Positions 1 through 9,330 of a DNA stretch of 64,000 nt are shown piece after piece. The notes below the pieces were generated by a model, which was not told the origin of the DNA, did no database searches, and worked only from the letters and a program-made list of their open reading frames with translations. The stretch is from a virus. Every line of letters starts with the position of its first letter. Position 1 is the stretch's first letter. The position numbers and the translations under genes are program-made. The stretch spans positions 57,190-121,189 of IMG/VR virus record IMGVR_UViG_3300035703_000027; one strand, written 5' to 3'.

Positions 1-242
1 CTTGGCTTGCACAGGGCGTCGCCCGCCTTGCGTTTGAGCCGGCCGCTGGCGATCGCCTCGGCCACGACGATGTGGTCGCCGCCGTCATTGGTGGCAGTTT
101 GCGACCAGCCCATATAGGCGTGCTTCACGACCGTCGGGAACGGCAGCCGCGCACGGAGCGCTTCGCCGGCCGCCAGGAAACCCTGCTTGGTCGCATCCGC
201 GGCAGCACTGGCCTCGATCTCGTACTCGGTGATGGTGCTCAT
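1..242 (-). CDS. Hypothetical protein, truncated by the window edge (MSTITEYEIEASAAADATKQGF...)
   Basis: ATG at 242 with GAAAGGAGG SD; frame stays open to position 1; not in the supplied ORF track. Confidence 0.6.
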   Translation of the reverse strand, partial: MSTITEYEIEASAAADATKQGFLAAGEALRARLPFPTVVKHAYMGWSQTATNDGGDHIVVAEAIASGRLKRKAGDALCKP

Positions 243-268
243 GGGGAGCCTCCTTTCGGTGGCCTTCC

Positions 269-481
269 CTATCCACCCGTGCCCGGGTTTATGCGCAGCC
301 GGTCCGCGGCGGCACCCATCTTGATGAGGTCCAGCGGCGCGACCCAGCGCCGGACCCCATCGTCGAAGCGCACCTCGACGCCGCGCTCGTCCACGGCCAG
401 GACCACGCCCTGCCGCAGCCCGCGCTCGTTGGGCACGGGCCGCCCCACGCGCTGCCCGGGCGCGATCGCCTCCGACATCAC
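269..481 (-). CDS. Small SH3/KOW-like beta protein
   Basis: 70 aa, pattern GQRV...GVVLAVDERGVEVRFDDG; overlaps the upstream gene end. Confidence 0.5.
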   Translation of the reverse strand: MMSEAIAPGQRVGRPVPNERGLRQGVVLAVDERGVEVRFDDGVRRWVAPLDLIKMGAAADRLRINPGTGG

Positions 482-705
482 GCCCCCTTGCCGACCGCCA
501 GCGGCAGCGCGAGTTGGCCCTGCAACGCCGGCAGGCCAAGCCCCCCCGCAAAGCGCTGCAACGCGATACCCGCCTCGCCCCGGGCGACCACCACCGTGAT
601 GGCCTCGCCGGGTGCCTGCGAGACGCTCACGACCTCCAGCGGCAGCCCGCGGGCCTCCAGCGCTGCGACGAGCGCGTGAATGGGTTGCTCCAGTAAATGC
701 TGCAC
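478..705 (-). CDS. Hypothetical protein
   Basis: GTG start with GAGGG SD; translational coupling to the next gene. Confidence 0.55.
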   Translation of the reverse strand: MQHLLEQPIHALVAALEARGLPLEVVSVSQAPGEAITVVVARGEAGIALQRFAGGLGLPALQGQLALPLAVGKGA

Positions 706-741
706 GGTTCCCTCAGCAGACCAGTTACCCGCCCGCGGGGC

Positions 742-1311
742 TCAGGGCACGAGCTTGAACGACTGCACGACCCGTTTCAGGTCGGCCTGGATGCGGGGGA
801 CCAGCTCGGCGTTGGCCGTGTCGTAGGTCGCCAGGATGACGAACAGGTTGTCGGTCACGTAGACGTGGTGGTTCTTCTTCAGCAGCCGGTGCGTGCCCCA
901 CGCCTCGCACGCCTGCCGCTCGCCGATCGTGAGCGTTTCCTGGTTCATCGGTGTGTGCATGTCTTTGAGCACCGCAACCGCCCCGTCGCACAGCTTGGCG
1001 GGATCGATGGTGCTCTCAGCCTGCACCCGCATCACGCTGACAATCAGGTGGATGCCGCGCGCGTACTCGGCGCCAACGCTGACGAGGTTCAGGTCGAGAT
1101 TGCCGGCCTTGGGCTTCACCGTCCAGCCTGTCGGGTGCTCCAGCGTGAAGCCGTCCGCGCGGCCGTCATACAGCGCGTAGGCTGCCTGGCCGGAGGCGGC
1201 GGGCGCTGCGGCCAGGGTGTCGGGCGTCGGGGCCGCGGCCGGGGTGGTGGGCGTGGCCTGGCACGCGGCCAGCACGGCGGTCAGGGCGATCGCCAGGACG
1301 ATGGGCTTCAC
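742..1311 (-). CDS. Lipoprotein, possibly PsbP/DUF1795-like fold
   Basis: Signal peptide with lipobox VLAAC, Pro/Thr/Ala linker, F-x-L-x-x-P-x-x-W motif. Confidence 0.65.
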   Translation of the reverse strand: MKPIVLAIALTAVLAACQATPTTPAAAPTPDTLAAAPAASGQAAYALYDGRADGFTLEHPTGWTVKPKAGNLDLNLVSVGAEYARGIHLIVSVMRVQAESTIDPAKLCDGAVAVLKDMHTPMNQETLTIGERQACEAWGTHRLLKKNHHVYVTDNLFVILATYDTANAELVPRIQADLKRVVQSFKLVP

Positions 1312-1344
1312 GGGGACACCTCGCGTTCGGAAAGGGGGAGCCCC

Positions 1345-1375
1345 ATGGTAGCCCGCCAGTTGTCAGACTTGTCAA
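1345..1375 (-). promoter_or_regulatory. Putative sigma70-type promoter TTGACA-N19-TACCAT overlapped by a 9-bp direct repeat (CGCCAGTTG at 1354 and 1376)
   Basis: Perfect -35 box; spacer is 2 nt longer than ideal. Confidence 0.4.
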
Positions 1376-1386
1376 CGCCAGTTGAA

Positions 1387-1416
1387 AGCCCTCCCGCCCC
1401 GAGGGGCGGAAGGGCT
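1387..1416 (-). terminator. GC-rich hairpin AGCCCT-C-CCGCCCC-GA-GGGGCGG-A-AGGGCT
   Basis: 13 complementary pairs in an intergenic region; only a short U run follows. Confidence 0.4.
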
Positions 1417-1570
1417 CAAGGAGCCGGTGCACCAGCACCTGCATGAACGCGCCGGGGGCAAGCTCCGGCCTGCTCTCCTATTCAAACCAGTTCCAGCCCC
1501 CAGGTTGCCCGATGCCCCCTCAGCGTAACACGGCGCGCTGCACGCACGCTGCACGTTTGCACCGTGCACG

Positions 1571-2017
1571 CTACCGGGTTCCCCCGCACCACTTTTTTCC
1601 GTAGACGCGGCGCCGGATTCCACGCTCGTCCATCTCCATATTGGTGTGGTTGTAGCCCTCCGCCGTGAAGCCGAACGCCATGTACTCCGCCTCGCTGATG
1701 TAGCCGTTCCGGTTGGCGTCGAGCCGGGCGAAGGCCTCGTCGCACATCGGCGACGGCAGCGGATACGGGAAGCCCTTGGGGTAGAAATCGTAGGGCACCG
1801 GCGCCCTGGGGGTGGGAGTGGGGCTCGGGGCCGGGCTCCGGGTGATGAGCATCGGCCGCCCCAGCGGAGCCGGGGTGCCGCTGGCGGTGGTGCGGGTGCT
1901 GGGGGCGGCGGAGGCGCCGCCGAGGCTGATCAGGGCGGGCACGGGCGTGCCGGCCGGCACCTGAATGACACAGGCACACAGCGCCAGCGCCGCGGTAATC
2001 AACAGGGGGATGCGCAT
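1571..2017 (-). CDS. EF-hand lipoprotein
   Basis: GAGGAG SD; lipobox LALCAC; canonical loop DANRNGYISEAE. Confidence 0.65.
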   Translation of the reverse strand: MRIPLLITAALALCACVIQVPAGTPVPALISLGGASAAPSTRTTASGTPAPLGRPMLITRSPAPSPTPTPRAPVPYDFYPKGFPYPLPSPMCDEAFARLDANRNGYISEAEYMAFGFTAEGYNHTNMEMDERGIRRRVYGKKWCGGTR

Positions 2018-2147
2018 CGGGTGCTCCTCTCGGGTGGTCCGGCCGTCGTGTTGTCTCATGTGATAAACTTTACCCCGCCGGGCAAGGGCAGGGGTCCCCA
2101 TCCCGGGCGCCAGAGAATTATGCGGGCCGCGGCCCGGGGGAGGCGTC

Positions 2148-2474
2148 GTGCGCGGGGTAGACCTGTATCCCTGGCTGCGGTTCTACGTGGCTGTGCTGCG
2201 GTGCTTCAACGGGCTGTCGCTGGGCGGCCTGGTGGTGTTCGTGGTCGCCGCCACCTACGGCACCCTGCAACTGCCCCCGCTGTTCGCGGCGCTGGGCACG
2301 GCGTGGGCCCTGCTGGTCGTCGTCGCCCCGTGGCTCATGTCCATCGCGGTGCTGGGGGTGTTCCACGAGGCCGCCGCCGCCCTTGCGGACCTCGCCGAGG
2401 CCGCCGCCGAGGCGGCCCTTCACGCCGGGCGCATCGAGCGGGGGCTTGCAGCGCCCGCGTCGCACGCGTCGTGA
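2148..2474 (+). CDS. Small membrane protein
   Basis: GGAGG SD; two hydrophobic segments. Confidence 0.55.
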   Translation: MRGVDLYPWLRFYVAVLRCFNGLSLGGLVVFVVAATYGTLQLPPLFAALGTAWALLVVVAPWLMSIAVLGVFHEAAAALADLAEAAAEAALHAGRIERGLAAPASHAS

Positions 2475-2503
2475 TCGCACGCTGCGCGCCTGCTGCGTGC
2501 AGG

Positions 2504-2543
2504 CGGCAATTCAGGCGCCGGCGGGCGTGCGGGGCTCTAGAAT
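2504..2543 (+). promoter_or_regulatory. TGGCAA-class promoter variant CGGCAAT-N27-TAGAAT
   Basis: Near match to the repeated motif; 20 nt upstream of ATG 2563. Confidence 0.5.
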
Positions 2544-2562
2544 GGGAGCGGAGGAACGCCCC

Positions 2563-4848
2563 ATGCTGCTGGTCCCGGTTCGCTCATCCCTCTCGCTCTC
2601 GGCCTACCTGACGCTGCTCAAGGCCCTGATCCAGGTCAAGGCCCACACCCGCAAGGATGGGACGCGGGTCCAGGCGCACACGCGCAACATCCAGTCGAGG
2701 GCCGAACGCCGCGAGCTGGTCGAGGCCCTCGCCAAGAAGATGGGGAGCGGCGAGCACACGCGCCACGCCACCCTGGCGTCCGCGGTCGGCGCGGCGCGCT
2801 TCGCCTCGCGCGCCAACGGCAAGGCCGTGCACGTCTACGAGCACGCCGACGGCGGCTGGGTGGCGACGCACGACGAGACGCACACCGAGGGCCACGACGA
2901 GAAGATCGTGGCCCACAAGGGCAAGGCGCGGCTGCACCGGGCGGGCGAGGCCTCGCGCAGCCTGGCGCACCTCAAGGGTCCGATTGCCGAGCACGTCGAG
3001 AAGCCGTTTGTGCCCAAGGTCAAGCCGGCCCGCCCCAAGGCGGAAAAGAAGCCGGCCCCGACGCCCGTGGCCCCCGCCCCGGGCAAGGTGGACTTCGGCG
3101 CGGAGAAAACGGTCAAGGGGGAGACGCACGTCCCCGTGACGGTGGACGGGCAGATGACGCACGCCTTGACGAAGGACCGCCAGACGGGAGTCTGGGCGTT
3201 GCAGCGCGTGGACGAGCGCGACCACCAGGGGCCGGTCAAGATGACGCTGGTGCGGGAGGGGATGACCCGAAAGGAAGCCCAGCAGTACGCCGCCGCCCTC
3301 GCCGGGAACGATGCGGGCGAGCTGGCCCGCGTGCACCAGTACGATCGCGGCGTGCCGGTGTCGGAGATGCCGCAACTCAAGCAGATGCGGGATTTCTCCG
3401 CACTGCTTACTGGGCAGGATGGAGAGGGGCGCACCTGGTACACGCAGGGGTACTACCTCTCAACGGCCAATCAGGATGACTACCTCCTGCCAGGCGCCCA
3501 AGAGCAACCGATGGTGCGCAGTGCCGGTGTGGTGGATGAGTTCATCCCAGCCGCCACCACCCCGGTCCACCCGGTCGCCTTCAAGACCTCGCCGACCAAC
3601 GGCCGAACAGGCGCCGTCGTGTTCGACAACGGCGCCGTTGCAAGCGCCGAATACGTCCAGCGGCTGATGAAGCTGCACCCCGGGGCCTCCTGGCACTACG
3701 GCACCACCGCGACCTCGGTTGCCGGCGTCCCGATCAACGGCGTGGGCGACGGCAGCTTCCCGTTCGTGCTGAAGGACCGCCACGGCGCGAACGTCGCCAT
3801 GCTGATGCCGCTGAAAGCAGAGGCCGGCAAGGACGGCCTCAAGGAGCTGGCCGACCAGGTGGCCGCCGGCTACCGCCCGGCCAGCATAAAGCCCGAAAAG
3901 CCCGGATATGAGGGGCCGGAGGGTAAAGATATGACCGACGACAACGCAGCGGAGAGGAAGGCAGGCAGTGACCTCCGGGCCGCCGTGGCGGACAAGAACG
4001 GCGCGGTCGCGAAGGCACGCATCCGCCTGCACGACGACGTGGCGGACATCTACGCCGTCAAGCACCCCGACGGGCACATCACCGCCACCGTGCACTGGGT
4101 CGAAGGACAAAAGGCGCGCACTCAGCCCCACAACAGCTTCAACCTGGAGGGGTTCACGTCCAGCTTCAGCGGACCCAGGAAGTGGGACACCATCACGGCG
4201 TTCAAGCGCGACCTGGATCGCAAGTTCGGGGGGAAGGGCTACGTTCATCCGAACTGGCGCGACGCCCACTACGAAAGCGAGCTTGAGGTACGCGACTTCA
4301 GCGAGGAGCACGCCAGGGCCGTCGCGATCAAGGAAAAGCGGCGCAGGGCCGAAGCAGACGCCTACCGAGCAGGTGAGTCGGGTCGCAATCAAAGCCAGCA
4401 GTCCCGTCCCGTCAACTTGGCCGAGGAGTTAGCCAGGCAGGCAGCCGTGGCGACCGGCGATCGCGCGGACCTCAAGCACCCGGCCACGCGCAAGGCCGTG
4501 GTGGACGACCTTAAGAAGCTCGACGTGCACACCCTGGCGCCGCGGGCGCGGTGGAACAACATCGACCCCGACGTGACGGGCAAGCAGCTCACCGCGCGCG
4601 TCCAGCTCAAGCGGGCCGTGCCGCACCAGATGACGTACATCAACCCGAACACGGGCGAGAACCAGGGCCGTCTGGTCGAGCATGACGGCTACGATCTTCA
4701 GTGGCACCCCGATCGGGGCGTCTCGCTCAAGAACGACGATGGCAAGAAGGTCTGGTCCGACCCGGCGGCCACGAAGGACCCCGTGGCTGCCGTGAAGGCC
4801 GCGCTTCAGGCCGCCAACGCGCTGCCGGATATGACCTACAAGTCCTGA
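2563..4848 (+). CDS. Large multidomain protein, putative capsid-packaged (internal head) protein
   Basis: GGAGGA SD; N-terminal LLKA and VKAHTRKDGTRVQAHTR leader; no catalytic motif recognised. Confidence 0.6.
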   Translation: MLLVPVRSSLSLSAYLTLLKALIQVKAHTRKDGTRVQAHTRNIQSRAERRELVEALAKKMGSGEHTRHATLASAVGAARFASRANGKAVHVYEHADGGWVATHDETHTEGHDEKIVAHKGKARLHRAGEASRSLAHLKGPIAEHVEKPFVPKVKPARPKAEKKPAPTPVAPAPGKVDFGAEKTVKGETHVPVTVDGQMTHALTKDRQTGVWALQRVDERDHQGPVKMTLVREGMTRKEAQQYAAALAGNDAGELARVHQYDRGVPVSEMPQLKQMRDFSALLTGQDGEGRTWYTQGYYLSTANQDDYLLPGAQEQPMVRSAGVVDEFIPAATTPVHPVAFKTSPTNGRTGAVVFDNGAVASAEYVQRLMKLHPGASWHYGTTATSVAGVPINGVGDGSFPFVLKDRHGANVAMLMPLKAEAGKDGLKELADQVAAGYRPASIKPEKPGYEGPEGKDMTDDNAAERKAGSDLRAAVADKNGAVAKARIRLHDDVADIYAVKHPDGHITATVHWVEGQKARTQPHNSFNLEGFTSSFSGPRKWDTITAFKRDLDRKFGGKGYVHPNWRDAHYESELEVRDFSEEHARAVAIKEKRRRAEADAYRAGESGRNQSQQSRPVNLAEELARQAAVATGDRADLKHPATRKAVVDDLKKLDVHTLAPRARWNNIDPDVTGKQLTARVQLKRAVPHQMTYINPNTGENQGRLVEHDGYDLQWHPDRGVSLKNDDGKKVWSDPAATKDPVAAVKAALQAANALPDMTYKS

Positions 4849-4900
4849 GCAGCACGGCCGCGGCGCGCGCGCAGCATGCAAGCTGCACGCGCGCCGCGTG

Positions 4901-5566
4901 CTAGAAGCGCATCCCCACCCCGACAAAGGGGCCGTGCCCGGCGGGCGCCCAGCTCCCCTGGTAGCCCAGGGCGGCGAACACCTTGTCCCCCGCGGCGATC
5001 GCGAGGCCGGCCTGGTTGAGGTTGGCCTCCACGTCCAGGCTCACCTCCAGCGCGCCGGCCGCCTGGGGCAGCACGTGCCAGTCCGCGAGGGGCCGCAGCG
5101 GCGTGCCGCGCACGAGCTGCACGTCGAGCGCCACCACGCCCGGGAACGTGCCCGCGAGCACCCCGAGCCGGGCGTGGGCCTCGGGCGCCTGGGGCCCAGC
5201 CTGCATGGGCATGGCCTGCATCAGCGGGGCCGGGTGCACGGTGGTCCGGGTCTTGGTGACGATCTTGATCACCTCGCCCGCGGGGCCCGGGGGCAGCGTG
5301 GGCACCGCGGAGGGCTCGCCCGGCTGTGCTGGCATCCCGGGCGGGCGCCCCGGCACCGCGGGGGTCGCTGTCGCCACGTGGCCGCCGGCCGGCCGCACGA
5401 CCACCACCTCCGTCGTCGTCTGCGTCTCCACCCAGGGCGTCGCCACCGGCGTGGGCTTACCCACCGGCGCCACCGGGGTGGGCTTGTCGCACCCGACGTG
5501 CTGGCTGGCCCACGTCAGTACGCCCAGGACCACCGCGCCGGCCGCGCCGGCCTTCTTCTTCTCCAT
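4901..5566 (-). CDS. Exported Pro-rich protein with C-terminal beta-strands ending in Phe (outer-membrane or spanin-like candidate)
   Basis: GAGGAGGG SD; N-terminal hydrophobic segment then GC; ends FVGVGMRF. Confidence 0.5.
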   Translation of the reverse strand: MEKKKAGAAGAVVLGVLTWASQHVGCDKPTPVAPVGKPTPVATPWVETQTTTEVVVVRPAGGHVATATPAVPGRPPGMPAQPGEPSAVPTLPPGPAGEVIKIVTKTRTTVHPAPLMQAMPMQAGPQAPEAHARLGVLAGTFPGVVALDVQLVRGTPLRPLADWHVLPQAAGALEVSLDVEANLNQAGLAIAAGDKVFAALGYQGSWAPAGHGPFVGVGMRF

Positions 5567-5591
5567 GACGCCCTCCTCAACGAGACGCCCC

Positions 5592-5632
5592 CAGCATAGG
5601 CCCCGCCAGCCTCGCCGGGCGCCCGCGTTGCC
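5592..5632 (-). promoter_or_regulatory. TGGCAA-class promoter TGGCAAC-N28-TATGCT
   Basis: Exact motif spacing; 26 nt upstream of start 5566. Confidence 0.65.
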
Positions 5633-5670
5633 ACCGCGCAGCACGCACGCGGCACTCGCGCTGCATGGTG

Positions 5671-5708
5671 GCAGCGTGCGCGCAGCGCCAGGGGTGCGCG
5701 CACGCTGC
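5671..5708 (-). terminator. 14-bp perfect hairpin just downstream of thyX
   Basis: GCAGCGTGCGCGCA / TGCGCGCACGCTGC inverted repeat; no U tract. Confidence 0.4.
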
Positions 5709-5712
5709 GCGC

Positions 5713-6486
5713 CTATCGGACCGCCTTCAGCTTCGTCTCCAGGCTGGCCGGCAGCCCCTGGGGCTTCGCCTCGCGCAGCGCGAGGGCCTCCGTGCGCGAC
5801 AGCCGGACCCCGCCGCGCACGTGCTCCTCCCAGGCCGCCACCGCGGCCGGCACGTGCGGCGTGATGAGGTCCAGCAGCGCCTGCGCGTACACCTGGATCT
5901 CCTGCTGCGCGTGCGCGTCGATCCGCAGGCTGATGAACCGCAGCAGGTTGTGCAGGTCGATCCGCCAGTACCACTCCGTGTAGAGCGACAGCGGCAGCAC
6001 CAGCCGCGCCAGCTCGCGCGCGACCCCCGCCTCCAGCAGCCCGTCGTAGGCCGCATAGGCCTCCGCGTTCTGCATGGCGAGGGCCGCGATCGCCTCCTGT
6101 GCCACCTCGGGCGGCAGGGCCTCGCCGCTGCCTTGCCGGTTCACCGGGTCCTGCCCCTGGATGCGCCCGGGTTCGGGCTGGTAGAACACGTCCTTGAGCA
6201 CGCTGTAGCGCCCCGACACCTCGTTCACGCTCGCCATCCGGTGCCGCAGCCACTGCCGCGCCACGAACAGCGGCGCCCGCACGTGGAACTTGAACACCAC
6301 CATCTCCAGCGGCGTCGTGTGCTGGTTCCGCACCAGGTAGTCGATCAGGCGCGCGTCCTCGCGCACCGTCTTGGTGCCCTCGCCGTAGCTCACCCGCGCC
6401 GCCTGCACGATCGCGGCGTCGCTCCCCATCACGTCCACGAGCCGCACCAGCCCGTGGTCGAGCACCCGAATCGTCGCCTCGCTCAC
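5713..6486 (-). CDS. thyX: Flavin-dependent thymidylate synthase
   Basis: ThyX motif RHRMASVNEVSGRY, AARVSY, HAQQEI; GTG start with GGGAGGG SD. Confidence 0.95.
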   Translation of the reverse strand: MSEATIRVLDHGLVRLVDVMGSDAAIVQAARVSYGEGTKTVREDARLIDYLVRNQHTTPLEMVVFKFHVRAPLFVARQWLRHRMASVNEVSGRYSVLKDVFYQPEPGRIQGQDPVNRQGSGEALPPEVAQEAIAALAMQNAEAYAAYDGLLEAGVARELARLVLPLSLYTEWYWRIDLHNLLRFISLRIDAHAQQEIQVYAQALLDLITPHVPAAVAAWEEHVRGGVRLSRTEALALREAKPQGLPASLETKLKAVR

Positions 6487-6630
6487 AGTGTCTTGCCCTC
6501 CCCTGTATGCCGCCGCCAGGTGGTAAACCCGGCGCATCCCGTCATGCACGATGCCCCATCCCTCGTTTGCTGCGTCCGTGCCGCCCGCGCGCAGCGTGCA
6601 CGCGACGTGCGCACGGCGGCCGTGCCGCTT

Positions 6631-7416
6631 TCAGCGCCACCGCGCCCGCAGTCGGTCCAGCGTCTGGCGCGCCAGGCGCCCGCAATCCTGGGCCGGCGCC
6701 TGGCTGTAGCCTCCCTGCTCGTCGCGCGGGCATTTCCAGTTTTCTTCCTTGGCGTAGTGGAGCAGGGCCTCCTTCGCCTCCAGCAGCTCTCGCTCCCGAC
6801 GCTCCACCGTCTCCAGTGCATCCGCCAGGGGCTGGACACTCCAGTCCCCGTCGCAGCGCGCGCCCTGGGCCTTGTGCTCGCGCAAGAAGGCGCGGGTCGC
6901 CTTCGCCACCGGCGCCGACGCACCCTTGCTGTGTTCCTCCAGCAGCCCTGCCGCCTCATCGAGCCGGCCTATCAGCGCATGGACCTGTTGCAAGGTTGCT
7001 TCATGCGCGCGGAGGATGGCGCCCTCGGCCTCCCAGTCCCGGAGCGCCGCCCGGGCCAGGGCCTCCTGAGCCTCCTGCCACTTTTCCGTGGCTGCGTGGG
7101 CTTGGTTGCGCACAACACGTCCCACGCGCTCGGCGAGCAGCTCGGCCATGGTCGCCTCGGACCACGCCGGCGGCGCCGACAGCGACAGCTTGGGCCGGCC
7201 ATCCGGCGCAAAGTTCATGTGCACCTGTACGGTGTTTGGCTCGTCCGATGGCACGAGGGTGCGCAATCGCGCCACCTCTTCGAGCAAATATTGGACGTTT
7301 TCCACCGCCTCCAGCGACAGCCGGAACAGCTCCGTCCTTTTGCTGGGCCATGGGCCGTGGTTCACTTCCTGCCACCAGGCGGCAATCTTCTCGATGTCGT
7401 AATGGTCGTTTGTCAT
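6631..7416 (-). CDS. Hypothetical coiled-coil protein
   Basis: 261 aa, coupled to its neighbour by an ATGA-type overlap. Confidence 0.55.
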   Translation of the reverse strand: MTNDHYDIEKIAAWWQEVNHGPWPSKRTELFRLSLEAVENVQYLLEEVARLRTLVPSDEPNTVQVHMNFAPDGRPKLSLSAPPAWSEATMAELLAERVGRVVRNQAHAATEKWQEAQEALARAALRDWEAEGAILRAHEATLQQVHALIGRLDEAAGLLEEHSKGASAPVAKATRAFLREHKAQGARCDGDWSVQPLADALETVERRERELLEAKEALLHYAKEENWKCPRDEQGGYSQAPAQDCGRLARQTLDRLRARWR

Positions 7417-8213
7417 GTCGATGCCTCGTCAGGGGTGTGCCAGTAGGCGAACGCCACCGGCACGCACTCGCGCGCCTTGAACGCCAGGCACTCGTAACCC
7501 ACGTCGCTCCCGGGGTTCGGCAGGCCCGCGGCGCACGTGCGGCATGCCAGGTCGCCCTTCTTGCGCCCGGCCACCTTGCAGACCGGACAAGCCCCCGTGG
7601 CCTTGCCCGTGTGGGGGGCCGCGAAGGACACCCCGCAGACCGTGCACTGCGCCACATGCTGCGAGGGCGGGGCGGACGGCTTGCGCAGCACCTTGGGGAT
7701 GGCCCCGCGGGGCTCGGGCTGCTTCTCGGGTGCCTTGCCACGGGCGCGCGCGAGCCCTTCGGCCAGGCTGGTGGCCTTGAGGGCCGCGAGCAACTGCGCC
7801 CGCTCCGCCTCCGCAGCCTGCGCGCGGCGTTCAAGCTGCGCGCACGTCGCTTCCAGGCTGCTCGCGCGCAGCGCCACGTCCCGCATCGGGGGGCCGGCCT
7901 GCGCCTTCAGGGGCGCCAGCTCGGCCTCTGCTGCGTCCGCGCGGCGCTTGTGCTGCTCGCATGCTGCGTCCATGTCGCGCAGGCGCTGCTCCAGCAGCTC
8001 GACCTCGCGCTCCTTCAGGCCCAGCCGGGCCCGCAGCACGCCGGCGCCGTCCGGGGCCTCGGTCAGCGCGGCGAGGCGCCCCTGCGCCTCGATGGCGCGC
8101 ACCTCGGCCGCCGCCGCCATCCGCACCACGTCGCACAGCTCGCGCAGGTGCAGGTGGGCGCGCTCCGACCAGTAGACGATCGCGCGCGTCACCTCCGTGT
8201 GGGCGTCAGCCAT
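7413..8213 (-). CDS. Coiled-coil protein with C-terminal Cys-rich Zn finger
   Basis: Three CxxC pairs plus an extra Cys at the C-terminus; start overlaps the upstream stop. Confidence 0.55.
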   Translation of the reverse strand: MADAHTEVTRAIVYWSERAHLHLRELCDVVRMAAAAEVRAIEAQGRLAALTEAPDGAGVLRARLGLKEREVELLEQRLRDMDAACEQHKRRADAAEAELAPLKAQAGPPMRDVALRASSLEATCAQLERRAQAAEAERAQLLAALKATSLAEGLARARGKAPEKQPEPRGAIPKVLRKPSAPPSQHVAQCTVCGVSFAAPHTGKATGACPVCKVAGRKKGDLACRTCAAGLPNPGSDVGYECLAFKARECVPVAFAYWHTPDEAST

Positions 8214-9078
8214 CGACGGCGCCCCCCTTGATGACGAGGCCGTCGGCGCTGTCGTCTCCGCCAGCGCCGCCGTCGCACGTGAACGGGCCGCACGAATACT
8301 GCCCGTCGGCGGCATCGTCGAGCAGCGACAACTGCCAGCGGTGGCTGCCGTTCACCACCTCGTCGAGGGGCCGCAGCGCGCCTGTCATGTACATGGGATC
8401 GCGCCCGAGCTTGGCGCGCCGCTCGTTGATCATCCGCTCAAGCGCCACGGACTTCGCAAACAGGTCCGGGTGCGCATCATAGATGCGGCGCCACTCCTTG
8501 ACGGTGTGGAAAGGGCAGAAAAAGCACGACGACTTGGGCGGGACGGGCAGCCCGGCATCACGAATGACAGCCTTGCAGTCCTCCCGATTCAGCTCCAGGT
8601 CGATCAGCGGGTGCGCGTTGCGCAGGTGCGAAAGCTGGCTCGGCTTCATTCTCTGGATCTCGTCCACGCTGATGCCGATGCCGACCGTCCCGGGGTTGGT
8701 CTTTGTCGCCCCATGCGCCCGCATCCACTTCGAGACAACCCGGATCTTAAAGTCGGCCGTGCAGCTTCGATTGCCGGGTGCCCCCGACTGGAGCCGCATG
8801 GGGATGTCGATGCTGCGCTCGGTGCGGTGCAGCTTCCCCCACAGCGTCTCGCGGGTGCCGTCCCGCCGGGTCTTGTGCAGCTCGATGAGGTCAAGCCCGT
8901 GCTTGGCGGCGAAGGGCACCGCCACCTCCCGCAGGTAGACCATCGTCTCGGGATACTCGCTGTCATCCCCCACGTTGGCAAACAGGAAGGTCCGGTAGTC
9001 GATCCGCCCCTCGGCGGCGAGCACCAGGGCGGCCATGGACTGAACGCCACCACCGAAGCTGAACGCCTTGGGAATCAT
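8206..9078 (-). CDS. PAPS-reductase-family (adenine nucleotide alpha-hydrolase) protein with Fe-S-type Cys motif
   Basis: SFGGGVQS PP-loop, CTADFKI, GISVDE, KSSCFFCPFH. Confidence 0.8.
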   Translation of the reverse strand: MIPKAFSFGGGVQSMAALVLAAEGRIDYRTFLFANVGDDSEYPETMVYLREVAVPFAAKHGLDLIELHKTRRDGTRETLWGKLHRTERSIDIPMRLQSGAPGNRSCTADFKIRVVSKWMRAHGATKTNPGTVGIGISVDEIQRMKPSQLSHLRNAHPLIDLELNREDCKAVIRDAGLPVPPKSSCFFCPFHTVKEWRRIYDAHPDLFAKSVALERMINERRAKLGRDPMYMTGALRPLDEVVNGSHRWQLSLLDDAADGQYSCGPFTCDGGAGGDDSADGLVIKGGAVDG

Positions 9079-9141
9079 CGGAACCCTCCACACGGCAGGC
9101 GAGGCCCGCCCTCACAGTCGTACAGGGAAAAACACACCCCG

Positions 9142-9330
9142 TCACGCACTTTTGCCACCCTCTCCGGCCGCCTCCCGCAGCACCTCCAGCGCCCCGATCG
9201 CCCGGCTGGACACCTGCTCGGCGCGGGCGAGGTCCGCCCGCAATCCGTCCACCATCCCGAGCAGCGCCTCCAGGTGCGCCGGCGTGTAGGTCTTGCTGGC
9301 GATCGCCGCCCGGATGGCCTCAAGCTCCAC
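9142..9330 (-). CDS. Hypothetical protein
   Basis: 62 aa, GTG start overlapping the upstream stop. Confidence 0.5.
   Translation of the reverse strand: MELEAIRAAIASKTYTPAHLEALLGMVDGLRADLARAEQVSSRAIGALEVLREAAGEGGKSA

Noticed and set aside
85-276. Listed 63-aa ORF
   Set aside because: An overlapping frame starting at ATG 242 has a strong SD and more protein-like composition
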